From: Pseudoalteromonas tetraodonis
GTDB lineage: Bacteria > Pseudomonadota > Gammaproteobacteria > Enterobacterales > Alteromonadaceae
Assembly (NCBI RefSeq): GCF_002310835.1
Contig: NZ_CP011041.1
Coordinates: 3,240,001-3,272,000, forward strand
Length of the DNA stretch: 32,000 bases
Direction of reading: 5' to 3'
The position numbers were made by a program, and so were the translations under genes. Below, in pieces: positions 18,908-26,756 of the stretch (its first letter is position 1; each line of letters begins with the position of its first letter). Below the pieces are notes generated by a model, which saw nothing but the letters and a program-made list of their open reading frames with translations, made no database searches and was not told where the DNA came from.

Positions 18908-19615
18908 TTAGGACTTTGCCGCTCGAGTGGTGGTTTTTTCAATACGCTTTTCAAACTCACCTTTAATAACGCGATCGATATAAATACCTGGCGTATGAAT
19001 TTGGCCTGGCTCAAGCTCTCCGGGCTCGACAATTTCTTCAACCTCTAATACGGTTATTTTACCTGCGGTTGCGGCCATTGGATTAAAGTTCATCGCTGTA
19101 TGACGATAAATACAATTACCATAGCGATCTGCCTTCCACGCTTTAACAATGGCAAAGTCACCGATTATACTGGGCTCTAATAAATATTCGCGCCCCTTGA
19201 TTGAACGGGTTTCTTTACCTTCAGCCACAGGCGTACCGACACCCGTTGCGGTATAAAATGCTGGAATTCCGGCGCCGCCTGCGCGCATTTTTTCGGCTAG
19301 CGTCCCTTGTGGCGTTAGTTCAACATCTAACTCGCCACTCAGTAACTGCTGCTCAAATAACGCATTTTCGCCCACATACGAGGCAATCATTTTGCTAATT
19401 TGCTTGTCTTCAAGTAACAATCCTAATCCAAAGCCGTCAACACCACAGTTATTCGATACTAAGGTTAAGTCTCGGGTGCCTTGGCGCTTAATCTGTGCAA
19501 TTAATCCCTCAGGAATACCACATAAACCAAAACCACCAGCAATCACGGTCATGCCATCTTCAAGCCCAGTCATAGCGTCACTGTAGCTTGTTACTACTTT
19601 ATCAAAACCTGCCAT
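18908..19615 (-). CDS. scoA: 3-oxoacid (acetoacetate) CoA-transferase subunit A
   Basis: The start is trimmed to the ATG at 19615 ([15 protein letters not shown]...[10 protein letters not shown]) with a GGGGGAG-type SD upstream. This is the ScoA/AtoD signature region. Confidence 0.88.
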   Translation of the reverse strand: MAGFDKVVTSYSDAMTGLEDGMTVIAGGFGLCGIPEGLIAQIKRQGTRDLTLVSNNCGVDGFGLGLLLEDKQISKMIASYVGENALFEQQLLSGELDVELTPQGTLAEKMRAGGAGIPAFYTATGVGTPVAEGKETRSIKGREYLLEPSIIGDFAIVKAWKADRYGNCIYRHTAMNFNPMAATAGKITVLEVEEIVEPGELEPGQIHTPGIYIDRVIKGEFEKRIEKTTTRAAKS

Positions 19616-19625
19616 TAGCTCCCCC

Positions 19626-20387
19626 TTATTGTGCAGTCCAACCGCCATCAATGGCGATTGCTTGAGCGGTAATGTTGCGTGCAGCATCTGCCATTAAAAA
19701 ACTCACGGTATGCAAGATTTCGTCTAAGCCGATAAATGCCTTTTTCGGCATGGGTGCCAGCATAATGGTGTCAATTACTTGCTGCTCAGAAATACCATGC
19801 TCTTTGGCTTGTGCGGCAATTTGCTGCTCCACTAATGGCGTTTTTACATACGCTGGGCACACTGTATTAATAGTAATATTGGCATCACCTGTTTCTAATG
19901 CTATGGTTTTAGCAAAGCCAATTAAGCCATGCTTCGCGGCGATATAAGCAGATTTATACTTAGAGGCCACCATGGCGTGAATAGAACCTATATTAATGAT
20001 GCGGCCAAAATCTTGCTCACGCATGCGTGGCAGTACCGCTTTAGTCATCATTGCGGGACCTACCAACATCACTTGCTGTAAAAGCAGCCACTTATCTGCA
20101 GGAAAGTCTTCTAATTTAGCTACATGCTGTATTCCTGCATTATTAATTAATACATCCACAGGTTGCGTAAGAGTGCTAAAAAAATCTTCAATCGCTTGGC
20201 TATCTGCCACATTCAATGCATAGCCCTGAGCGTTACCGCCCTGATTAACTATTTTTTGCGCGGCTTGTTGAGCTACCTGTTCATTAAGGTCGGTTACAAT
20301 AATGCTATGCCCAGCTAGGGCTAGCTGCTCAGCAATGTGTAGCCCTATACCACTAGCCGCGCCGGTGATTAATACGTTTTTACTCAT
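19626..20387 (-). CDS. bdhA: (R)-3-hydroxybutyrate dehydrogenase (short-chain dehydrogenase/reductase)
   Basis: 253 aa. It has the TGAASGIGL Rossmann motif, NNAG, and a catalytic S...YxxxK (YIAAKHG). The C-terminal IDGGWTAQ is characteristic of 3HB dehydrogenases. The context next to CoA-transferase genes agrees. Confidence 0.85.
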   Translation of the reverse strand: MSKNVLITGAASGIGLHIAEQLALAGHSIIVTDLNEQVAQQAAQKIVNQGGNAQGYALNVADSQAIEDFFSTLTQPVDVLINNAGIQHVAKLEDFPADKWLLLQQVMLVGPAMMTKAVLPRMREQDFGRIINIGSIHAMVASKYKSAYIAAKHGLIGFAKTIALETGDANITINTVCPAYVKTPLVEQQIAAQAKEHGISEQQVIDTIMLAPMPKKAFIGLDEILHTVSFLMADAARNITAQAIAIDGGWTAQ

Positions 20388-20391
20388 ACTG

Positions 20392-21573
20392 CTACTCCTC
20401 TAAAAATTCACTGATCAGCTGCGCTTTAGGCGAGATTGAAAAAATTCCATCGAGATGCCCCCAGCCGCCTTCAATTTCAGAAAGCTGAACCTCTTTCCCA
20501 AGCGACTTCATTGACTCATATACAGTGCGCATATTTTCAGGGCGTAGCAGTAAATCATTGGTTGCAGGCAATAACAGTGTTTTAGCGCTAATTTTTTTAA
20601 GTGCTGCGCTTAAGTTGCCTTCCATACCGGCAGTAAACAGTTGTGATGCCCGTACCAAATACAATACATGATTTGCATCTTGGGTTTGTGCACGCGCCAT
20701 TGCACGCTGTGCTAGTACTTGGTTTAACTTAGGCAAGGTACGAATGTCTTTTAACGCGCCTTCATCAAGTACGTTAAAGTCAGGGAAGCTAGCGTTATAA
20801 ATAATTGGATGCATCGCATCTTGGGTAATATTTAGCATGGTTGCGGCAAGTCCATCTAATGGGCGCTCCTTGTCGTAGTAATTACCTTGCTGCCAGTTTT
20901 TATCTAAACGAATGGGGAGTGCCCATTTTTCAAGCGCAGCGACAGTCCATGCATCCATGGTTGCTGCACCAATAACATGGATTAGGCGTTCAACCTGATC
21001 TGGATAACGCGTTGCCCACTCTAGCGCCTGAAAAGAGCCCATAGATGCGCCCATCACGGCATGTAATTTAGTAATACCCAAACTCTCTAATAAGCGTTTT
21101 TGTACGTTAACAAAATCAGTAATAGTAACCACTGGAAAATCCAAGCCATAAGGTTTACCTGTCGCAGGGTTAATTGATGCAGGCCCCGTAGTGATTACGT
21201 GTGGGTCATGCCAATTAGCATTGACTAAGGTGTCAGAGCTGATCACAAAATACTTGTTAGTATCTATGGCTTTTCCTGGGCCAATTAACGCATCCCAGTA
21301 TCCTGCTACGGCTTCGTCGGCTGAATATTTACCTGCTGCATGAGAGGTTCCTGAAAAATAATGAGTGATCAAGATTACATTATCTTTGGCTTTGTTAAGC
21401 TCACCATAACTTTCCCAACCAATATCAACCTGTGGCAACGTTGTGCCAGAAACCGTTGTGAAGTTTTCTGTGCTGAAATGTTGCTTTTCTACTAGTAACG
21501 GCTCGGCTTTATCAGCGCCAGACACCGTACTACTAAATAAAAACAGCAACCCTATTATTAATATTGTTTTCAT
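20392..21573 (-). CDS. Exported alpha/beta hydrolase related to homoserine O-acetyltransferase (MetX-like esterase)
   Basis: 393 aa with Sec signal peptide MKTILIIGLLFLFSSTVSG/A. MetX-like blocks are ITHYFSGTSHAAG and GYWDALIGPGKAIDTNKYFVISSD. The nucleophile elbow is GASMGS, with a candidate Asp in PATNDLLL and His in GGWGHLDG. It lies 4 nt upstream of bdh and 9 nt downstream of the permease. Confidence 0.8.
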   Translation of the reverse strand: MKTILIIGLLFLFSSTVSGADKAEPLLVEKQHFSTENFTTVSGTTLPQVDIGWESYGELNKAKDNVILITHYFSGTSHAAGKYSADEAVAGYWDALIGPGKAIDTNKYFVISSDTLVNANWHDPHVITTGPASINPATGKPYGLDFPVVTITDFVNVQKRLLESLGITKLHAVMGASMGSFQALEWATRYPDQVERLIHVIGAATMDAWTVAALEKWALPIRLDKNWQQGNYYDKERPLDGLAATMLNITQDAMHPIIYNASFPDFNVLDEGALKDIRTLPKLNQVLAQRAMARAQTQDANHVLYLVRASQLFTAGMEGNLSAALKKISAKTLLLPATNDLLLRPENMRTVYESMKSLGKEVQLSEIEGGWGHLDGIFSISPKAQLISEFLEE

Positions 21574-21582
21574 TGCAATTCC

Positions 21583-22890
21583 TTAAAAAGTGATGAATAA
21601 GCTCAGCGCAAGAGCCACCCCAACCAATGGGATAACCACCGTCAATGCGGCTAATGGCCAATAAGCGCGTTGATGTGTTTCTTTACAAATGGCACGTATA
21701 GTTGTGACCACGTAACCATTATGTGGCAGGCTGTCTAATGCACCAGAACTAATAGCAACCACTCTGTGTAATTGCTCTGGATTAACCCCCATATCCAAAT
21801 ATCCAGGAGCCACAAGCGGTAGTGCAATCGCTTGCCCGCCTGATGCTGAACCCGTTAATCCGGCTATTACGCTCACGGCAACAGCAGCCCCCACTAACTC
21901 ATTACCTGGCATATGAGTCATAGCATCAACAGCAGCAATAAACGCCGGTGATACTTTAGCCACTGCGCCAAACCCTACTACAGCAGCAGTGTTACCTATA
22001 GCAACTAAGGCGCCAGTGGTACCCATATTGATGGCATTTGCCATGTTATGAAAATACTTGTAATTGATGACCACAATACTTAAAACACCACCAAGCAACG
22101 CCACAATTAGTGCGGTTTGTTGTAAAACATCATGCAACATAAATGATAAGAGTAGCACCACCAGCAAAGGAATTACGCCGGTGATTGGATGAGGGCGTTC
22201 ACGCTCTAAAATAATTGGGTCGTCTTCTCTAGCAGCAAAACGCTCACCTTTGGCAACCGCCTTTTTAATCATTTTATTTAGCCAAAAGTAACCGACTGTT
22301 GCCATAAAAATGGCCACTACTAAGCTTACTTCCCATGCCGCATAGGGTGAGGTACCTAAATGCTTTACGGGTATCCAATTTTGAATTTCAGGCGAGCCCG
22401 CAGAGGTCATAGTGAATGTCACTGAGCCAAACGCTAATGTTGCGGGTATAAAGCGCCGCGGCAAATCGGCATCTTTAAATAAACTGAGCGCCATTGGGTA
22501 AACCGAAAACGCCACAATAAATACACTGACTCCGCCATAAGTCAGCACGGCACAAGCAATCACCACCGCCAGCACCGCATGCTTCATACCTAACTTGCCA
22601 ACAATGTAACTGGCTACACTATCTGCTGCACCAGTATCTTCCATAAACTTACCGAACAACGAGCCCAGTAAAAACATAAAAAACCATGCACTTAAAAATC
22701 CAGCAAAGCCATCCATGTACGCGTTAATAAAATTACTGTCGGCAGTCACCGGGAATATAGCCATCCCGCTTGTTAGTGCCACCAACAATGCACATATTGG
22801 CGCGGCAATAAATAAATTGACCCCGCGCAACGTTAAAATTATCAGCAGTATTAAACCGCCTAACAGCCCTATCATGCTCAGCATAGACAT
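21583..22890 (-). CDS. GntP-family (gluconate:H+ symporter-like) permease, probable short-chain hydroxy-acid transporter
   Basis: 435-aa polytopic membrane protein with GntP-like organisation: a hydrophobic N-terminus, a central charged loop and a C-terminal repeat. It is the first gene of the operon. AGGA directly abuts the ATG at 22890, so the ATG at 22884 (6-nt spacing) may be the true start. Confidence 0.75.
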   Translation of the reverse strand: MSMLSMIGLLGGLILLIILTLRGVNLFIAAPICALLVALTSGMAIFPVTADSNFINAYMDGFAGFLSAWFFMFLLGSLFGKFMEDTGAADSVASYIVGKLGMKHAVLAVVIACAVLTYGGVSVFIVAFSVYPMALSLFKDADLPRRFIPATLAFGSVTFTMTSAGSPEIQNWIPVKHLGTSPYAAWEVSLVVAIFMATVGYFWLNKMIKKAVAKGERFAAREDDPIILERERPHPITGVIPLLVVLLLSFMLHDVLQQTALIVALLGGVLSIVVINYKYFHNMANAINMGTTGALVAIGNTAAVVGFGAVAKVSPAFIAAVDAMTHMPGNELVGAAVAVSVIAGLTGSASGGQAIALPLVAPGYLDMGVNPEQLHRVVAISSGALDSLPHNGYVVTTIRAICKETHQRAYWPLAALTVVIPLVGVALALSLFITF

Positions 22891-22971
22891 TCCTATAATT
22901 ATTGTTATTACCCAGATGAGGTGACATCGCAGTAACTGTTGTTAGTTTTATCGCTCAGCGCAAATAAAGAC

Positions 22972-22988
22972 ATAGCACTAAGGTACTA
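22972..22988. promoter_or_regulatory. Operator-like repeat copy 1 (atagcactaaggtacta)
   Basis: It matches 23040-23056 at 16/17 positions. It lies 82 nt upstream of the permease start on the minus strand. Confidence 0.45.
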
Positions 22989-23039
22989 TACGTTATAAAA
23001 CTTACACAAAAATCATATAAGTCAAGGTGTTAAGCTTTT

Positions 23040-23056
23040 ATAGCACTATGGTACTA
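23040..23056. promoter_or_regulatory. Operator-like repeat copy 2 (atagcactatggtacta)
   Basis: It matches 22972-22988 at 16/17 positions. It lies 86 nt upstream of the TonB-dependent receptor start. The core tagcactatggtacta is itself pseudo-palindromic (12/16). Confidence 0.45.
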
Positions 23057-23141
23057 ATTCATTTTTTAACACTATCTTCTACATTAAGTGCAGGTGACAT
23101 GAGCAAACAAATAATCAACTAATAACAACAGGAACACACCA

Positions 23142-25430
23142 ATGATAAAGCTCAAACAAAATATCACACCCGTTACACTCGCTGTTTCACTCGCCTTATT
23201 AAGTGCAACAAGTGTGGCAGCTGAACAAGCGCCTAAAGTAAAAAAAGCAGAGTTAGAGCGAATAGAAGTAACCGCTCGCAAAACCGTTGAAAACTTACAA
23301 GAAGTTCCGGTTGCCGTAACCTCAATTGGCGCACAAGAATTAGCAGAAAACGGCATCAGCGTAATGACTGAAGTACAGCAGTTTTCACCCAACACTACGC
23401 TACAATCAAGCCGAGGCACTAACTCTACCATCACTGCGTTTATTCGCGGTGTAGGTCAGCAAGACCCGCTTTGGGGCTATGAACCTGGCGTAGGTATTTA
23501 CATTGATGATGTATACATCGCCCGCCCGCAAGGTGCCGTGCTCGACTTACTTGATGTACAACAAATTGAGGTGTTACGTGGCCCACAAGGTACGCTATAT
23601 GGCAAAAACACTATTGGTGGTGCAGTTAAGTATGTCACCAAAGAAATGAGCGGAGATGCAACGCTAAATATTCAAGGCACCGTAGGCAGCTACAGCCAAA
23701 AAGATTTAAAAGTCACTGGGCAGCTCCCGCTTATTGACGAAAAACTCTATGTTGGTTTTGGTTTTGCCACATTGAACCGTGATGGCTATGGTGAATTTTT
23801 AACGTCAGCGCTTGATAATCAAGACCGCGAAAACTATAACAAAGATGTTACCGCAGCACGGGTGACGTTAGAGTACACCCCTACAGATGACTTATTCTTT
23901 CGTTTAGCGTGGGATAAAACCGATGATGACTCTAACGCGAAAGGCGGGTATCGCTTACTTCCAAGCATATTAACTAATGCACCTGTGCCAGATAGCGTGT
24001 ATGACTCTTATACTAGTTTACCAACATGGAACAAAGTAGAACTTGAAGGTATGAGCTTAACTGCTCGCTGGGATATGAGTGCAAACACGAGTATTAAATA
24101 CGTTGCAGCAACAAGAGAAAGCTATTCACCAACCAATATCGACTTTGATAATACCTCTTTACCTATTTTTGATGTTCCAGCCATTTATGACGATGAACAA
24201 ACCACGCATGAGTTGCAGCTAAATCACAGTGGCGATAACTATAAAATGGTCTCAGGGCTTTATTATTATGATGGTGAATCGTGTGGCCAGTTTGAAGCAA
24301 TATTAGGTGTGCTTGGTCAAAGTTTAGGTTCCCCTGGGCTTACGCGTGAAGTAAGCGGTTGCAGCAATTCCACCAGCAAAGCGGCTTATATACAAGGAAG
24401 CTACGACTTTGATGAAAAATGGTCAATGACACTTGGCGCTCGCTATACCAAAGACAGCAAAGAAGCGATTGTAAATAATGGTCTTATTTTTGACATTGTT
24501 TACCCTGAATCAGGTTGGATCCCGGGTTATGTTCGCCCAGAAGGACAACTCGTGCCTACGGTACTAGATGACAGCGAAGATTGGTCACGCTTTACGCCTC
24601 GTGCGGGTGTTGAATATCAATATAATAACGACATCATGTTTTTTGCTAGTTACTCGCAAGGGTTTAAGTCAGGGACATTTAATCCACGAGCTACAACAGC
24701 AGAACCTGCAGCAAGGCCCGAAGTGGTTGACTCTATTGAGTTAGGCATGAAAAGCGAATGGAATGATAATTTACGCGCAAATTTAACTGTATTCACACTT
24801 GATCATAAAGACCGTCAGTACATATCGGTATTACCCGGTGACAGCGCCGCCGATTTAAACCAGCGCTTAGGTAATATTGGCGAGTCTAAGTCTGATGGCG
24901 TTGAATTAGAACTTAGCTATGTTGCAAACGATGCACTAACTTTCGACGCGTCAATAGGTTACATCGACAGTAGTTTTGAAAATGTAATTGATACCAATCC
25001 TGATACCGGTGAAACATTTGATAAATCAGACCGTTTTAGTGTTTCAAACACCCCAGATCTAACTTTCAACTTAGGTGCTACCTATCGTTTATACACAGAA
25101 ATGGGCGACTTTGTTATGAATGGAAATTATTACCATCGCGGTGATTACGCACTGTTCGAAGAAGATAGCCTCTTAACACAAGACGCCTACGGATTATTAA
25201 ATATTGGTGTTACTTGGTATAGCGCAGATGGCCATTGGACTGCGGGTATTTATGGTAAAAACCTAACCGATGAAGAATACATGATTGGTGGTTACCAGTT
25301 TGTAGCACCTGACCCGTCAGATCCAACTGATACCAGCAAATACACACCGGGTCTTGGTGGCGATAATACCTTAATTGGTTATTACGGTGACCCCCGCACA
25401 ATATCACTCACTGTGGGCTATCGTTTTTAA
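23142..25430 (+). CDS. TonB-dependent outer-membrane receptor
   Basis: 762 aa. Signal peptide ends ...LLSATSVAA, and the TonB-box/plug start is ERIEVTARK...LQEVPVAVTSI. Plug motifs are IEVLRGPQGTLYGKNTIGGAV. A long beta-barrel region ends in the typical C-terminal aromatic residue (...VGYRF). Confidence 0.92.
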   Translation: MIKLKQNITPVTLAVSLALLSATSVAAEQAPKVKKAELERIEVTARKTVENLQEVPVAVTSIGAQELAENGISVMTEVQQFSPNTTLQSSRGTNSTITAFIRGVGQQDPLWGYEPGVGIYIDDVYIARPQGAVLDLLDVQQIEVLRGPQGTLYGKNTIGGAVKYVTKEMSGDATLNIQGTVGSYSQKDLKVTGQLPLIDEKLYVGFGFATLNRDGYGEFLTSALDNQDRENYNKDVTAARVTLEYTPTDDLFFRLAWDKTDDDSNAKGGYRLLPSILTNAPVPDSVYDSYTSLPTWNKVELEGMSLTARWDMSANTSIKYVAATRESYSPTNIDFDNTSLPIFDVPAIYDDEQTTHELQLNHSGDNYKMVSGLYYYDGESCGQFEAILGVLGQSLGSPGLTREVSGCSNSTSKAAYIQGSYDFDEKWSMTLGARYTKDSKEAIVNNGLIFDIVYPESGWIPGYVRPEGQLVPTVLDDSEDWSRFTPRAGVEYQYNNDIMFFASYSQGFKSGTFNPRATTAEPAARPEVVDSIELGMKSEWNDNLRANLTVFTLDHKDRQYISVLPGDSAADLNQRLGNIGESKSDGVELELSYVANDALTFDASIGYIDSSFENVIDTNPDTGETFDKSDRFSVSNTPDLTFNLGATYRLYTEMGDFVMNGNYYHRGDYALFEEDSLLTQDAYGLLNIGVTWYSADGHWTAGIYGKNLTDEEYMIGGYQFVAPDPSDPTDTSKYTPGLGGDNTLIGYYGDPRTISLTVGYRF

Positions 25431-25440
25431 AATTTAATAT

Positions 25441-25642
25441 CACTAGGGCCTGTTGACCTTTGCGGATTGAAATTTGTTCAAACTAGGGGCTATTTTAATC
25501 GCGGCGCGAGGTTTGTAACCTAGTGGGCTAAGTAAAAACCGAGCAACAAAGAGTAAATCGCCCCTCGGAAGAACCCGAAGGGCAGCGCCTGTTTGGCATT
25601 GATGCTGCAAATTCAATCTTGAAAGGTGAACAGACCCTAGGG
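25441..25642. repeat. GC-rich ~200-bp element bounded by ~36-nt imperfect inverted repeats (MITE/REP-like element or structured RNA)
   Basis: Arms 25441-25476 and 25608-25642 (reverse complement) agree in 29 of 36 aligned columns. The core is about 50% GC by hand count and has an internal hairpin at 25560-25568/25575-25583. Confidence 0.55.
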
Positions 25643-25676
25643 TTTGTCTGTATATCCCCACAGACAAACCTTGTTT
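25641..25676 (+). terminator. Perfect 10-bp hairpin with T-rich tail (possible terminator/attenuator)
   Basis: ggtttgtctg (25641-25650) pairs with cagacaaacc (25661-25670) around loop tatatcccca, followed by ttgttt. It lies 211 nt after the receptor stop and 54 nt before the response-regulator ATG. Confidence 0.4.
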
Positions 25677-25723
25677 CACATCGCAAAATCACATATAACT
25701 TATTGCATTGGAGACTATTTGAA

Positions 25724-26386
25724 ATGGCTTGTGCTGTGAATACCATAATTGCTGATGATCACCCTTTATTCAGAAGTGCGCTACGTCAAGCAGCAGCGAC
25801 TTCTGTACCAGAACAATATATAAAAGAAACCAGCGATATCGATGGGTTATTTAGCTTATTAAAATCACACCCCGAGATAGAGCTGATATTTTTAGATTTA
25901 ACAATTCCTGGCGCCAATGGTTTACAAGCGCTCTCGCAACTAAGAAATCAATACCCTGATATATTAATTATTATGGTATCGGCTAACGAAACCCCCACTA
26001 TCATAAAACAAGCCATGAGCTTAGGTGCTGCAGGCTATATTCCAAAGTCATCATCCCTTGATGTGATCAGTGAAGCCATTGAACATGTACTCAATGGAGA
26101 CTCCTGGTTGCCAACAGATATTGACTTAACTGATGTGGTTGTTAATGACGAACAGAGCAATTTTGCCCGCAACCTAGAAAAACTCACTCCACAGCAATAC
26201 CGTGTACTCGCGATGATAGCCGACGGGCTTTTGAACAAACAAATTGCCTTTGAAATGTCGATTCAAGAAACCACCATAAAACAACATGTATCGGCCATTT
26301 TGCGAAAGCTGAATGTGTATAACCGTACCCAAGCAGGCATTTTGTTTAACCAGCTATCTCAAGTTGGTAAGTTAGAGGCGAGCTAA
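25724..26386 (+). CDS. NarL/FixJ (LuxR-type HTH) two-component response regulator
   Basis: The start is trimmed from the track ORF (25619) to the ATG at 25724, with GGAG 10 nt upstream. The receiver domain has the acidic pair ADD, a phospho-acceptor D in IFLDLTIPG and a conserved K in YIPKS. The C-terminal LuxR HTH reads LTPQQYRVLAMIADGLLNKQIAFEMSIQETTIKQHVSAILRKL. Confidence 0.88.
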   Translation: MACAVNTIIADDHPLFRSALRQAAATSVPEQYIKETSDIDGLFSLLKSHPEIELIFLDLTIPGANGLQALSQLRNQYPDILIIMVSANETPTIIKQAMSLGAAGYIPKSSSLDVISEAIEHVLNGDSWLPTDIDLTDVVVNDEQSNFARNLEKLTPQQYRVLAMIADGLLNKQIAFEMSIQETTIKQHVSAILRKLNVYNRTQAGILFNQLSQVGKLEAS

Positions 26387-26629
26387 TATGAATTAATACA
26401 CTTTAAGTATTTCTTTATAATCTTTTTTAAGGCTGTCTAGCTGAAATTGTTAATACATACATTAGCACCTGCAACTAGCTGGCTCATACGCGGACTGTAC
26501 TACCCACCAAACGCGCCAACCAAAAAGTTAACAAATGATGTAAAATTGCAAAAAACAAACCAAATTTAAAAAATTTCATGTTGATATTTTTATGCAATAA
26601 AAAACTAAAAAACACCGAAAAAAACCTTT

Positions 26630-26660
26630 TTAATGAATAACCTCCCTAGATTAATGAATA
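26630..26660 (+). promoter_or_regulatory. Direct repeat TTAATGAATA x2, 21 bp start to start, upstream of the second TonB-dependent receptor
   Basis: Perfect 10-mers at 26630-26639 and 26651-26660, 97-127 nt upstream of the ATG at 26757. They sit inside a 370-bp A-tract-rich spacer. Confidence 0.3.
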
Positions 26661-26756
26661 TTGATTTTAAAGCCACACCCACCGCACCTGATTACATCTC
26701 ATTAACATGCTTTCTTGATATAAAACAATAATCAAACAAACATTCACAGGGTCAAA

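Noticed and set aside
22919-23100. Second direct repeat aggtgacat (22919-22927 and 23092-23100) in the divergent promoter region
   Set aside because: A 9-mer recurring once within ~250 bp has a chance probability of the order of 0.2. Unlike the 17-nt motif, it sits in opposite orientation relative to the two genes. I noted it but do not claim it as a site.
23084-23434. 116-aa minus-strand ORF over the start of the first TonB-dependent receptor, and similar antisense ORFs inside ubiB, opgH, scoB, bdh, the nuclease and both receptors
   Set aside because: All lie wholly inside, and antisense or out of frame to, strongly supported genes. They lack motifs and ribosome-binding sites.
25431-25723. 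Riboswitch (cobalamin, TPP, c-di-GMP or similar) in the GC-rich spacer, or upstream of either receptor
   Set aside because: I could not find the B12 box, the TPP CUGAGA/ACCUGAU core or GEMM-type conserved blocks. The element also lies downstream of, not in front of, the first receptor. Only a covariance-model search could settle this.
25443-25746. Two overlapping minus-strand ORFs (78 aa at 25443-25679 and 72 aa at 25528-25746) in the receptor/regulator spacer
   Set aside because: There is no Shine-Dalgarno. The sequences are basic and low-complexity with no recognisable motif. They run straight through the inverted-repeat arms and hairpins. GC-rich non-coding sequence in an AT-rich genome easily yields open frames, so I treated the region as a non-coding element instead.
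26620-26680. Fur box upstream of the TonB-dependent receptors (aatgaatattgatttt near 26653, also scanned 22928-23141)
   Set aside because: There is only a weak partial resemblance to GATAATGATAATCATTATC, with no dyad symmetry. The similarity is what one expects from AT-rich DNA, so iron regulation is not supported by the sequence.
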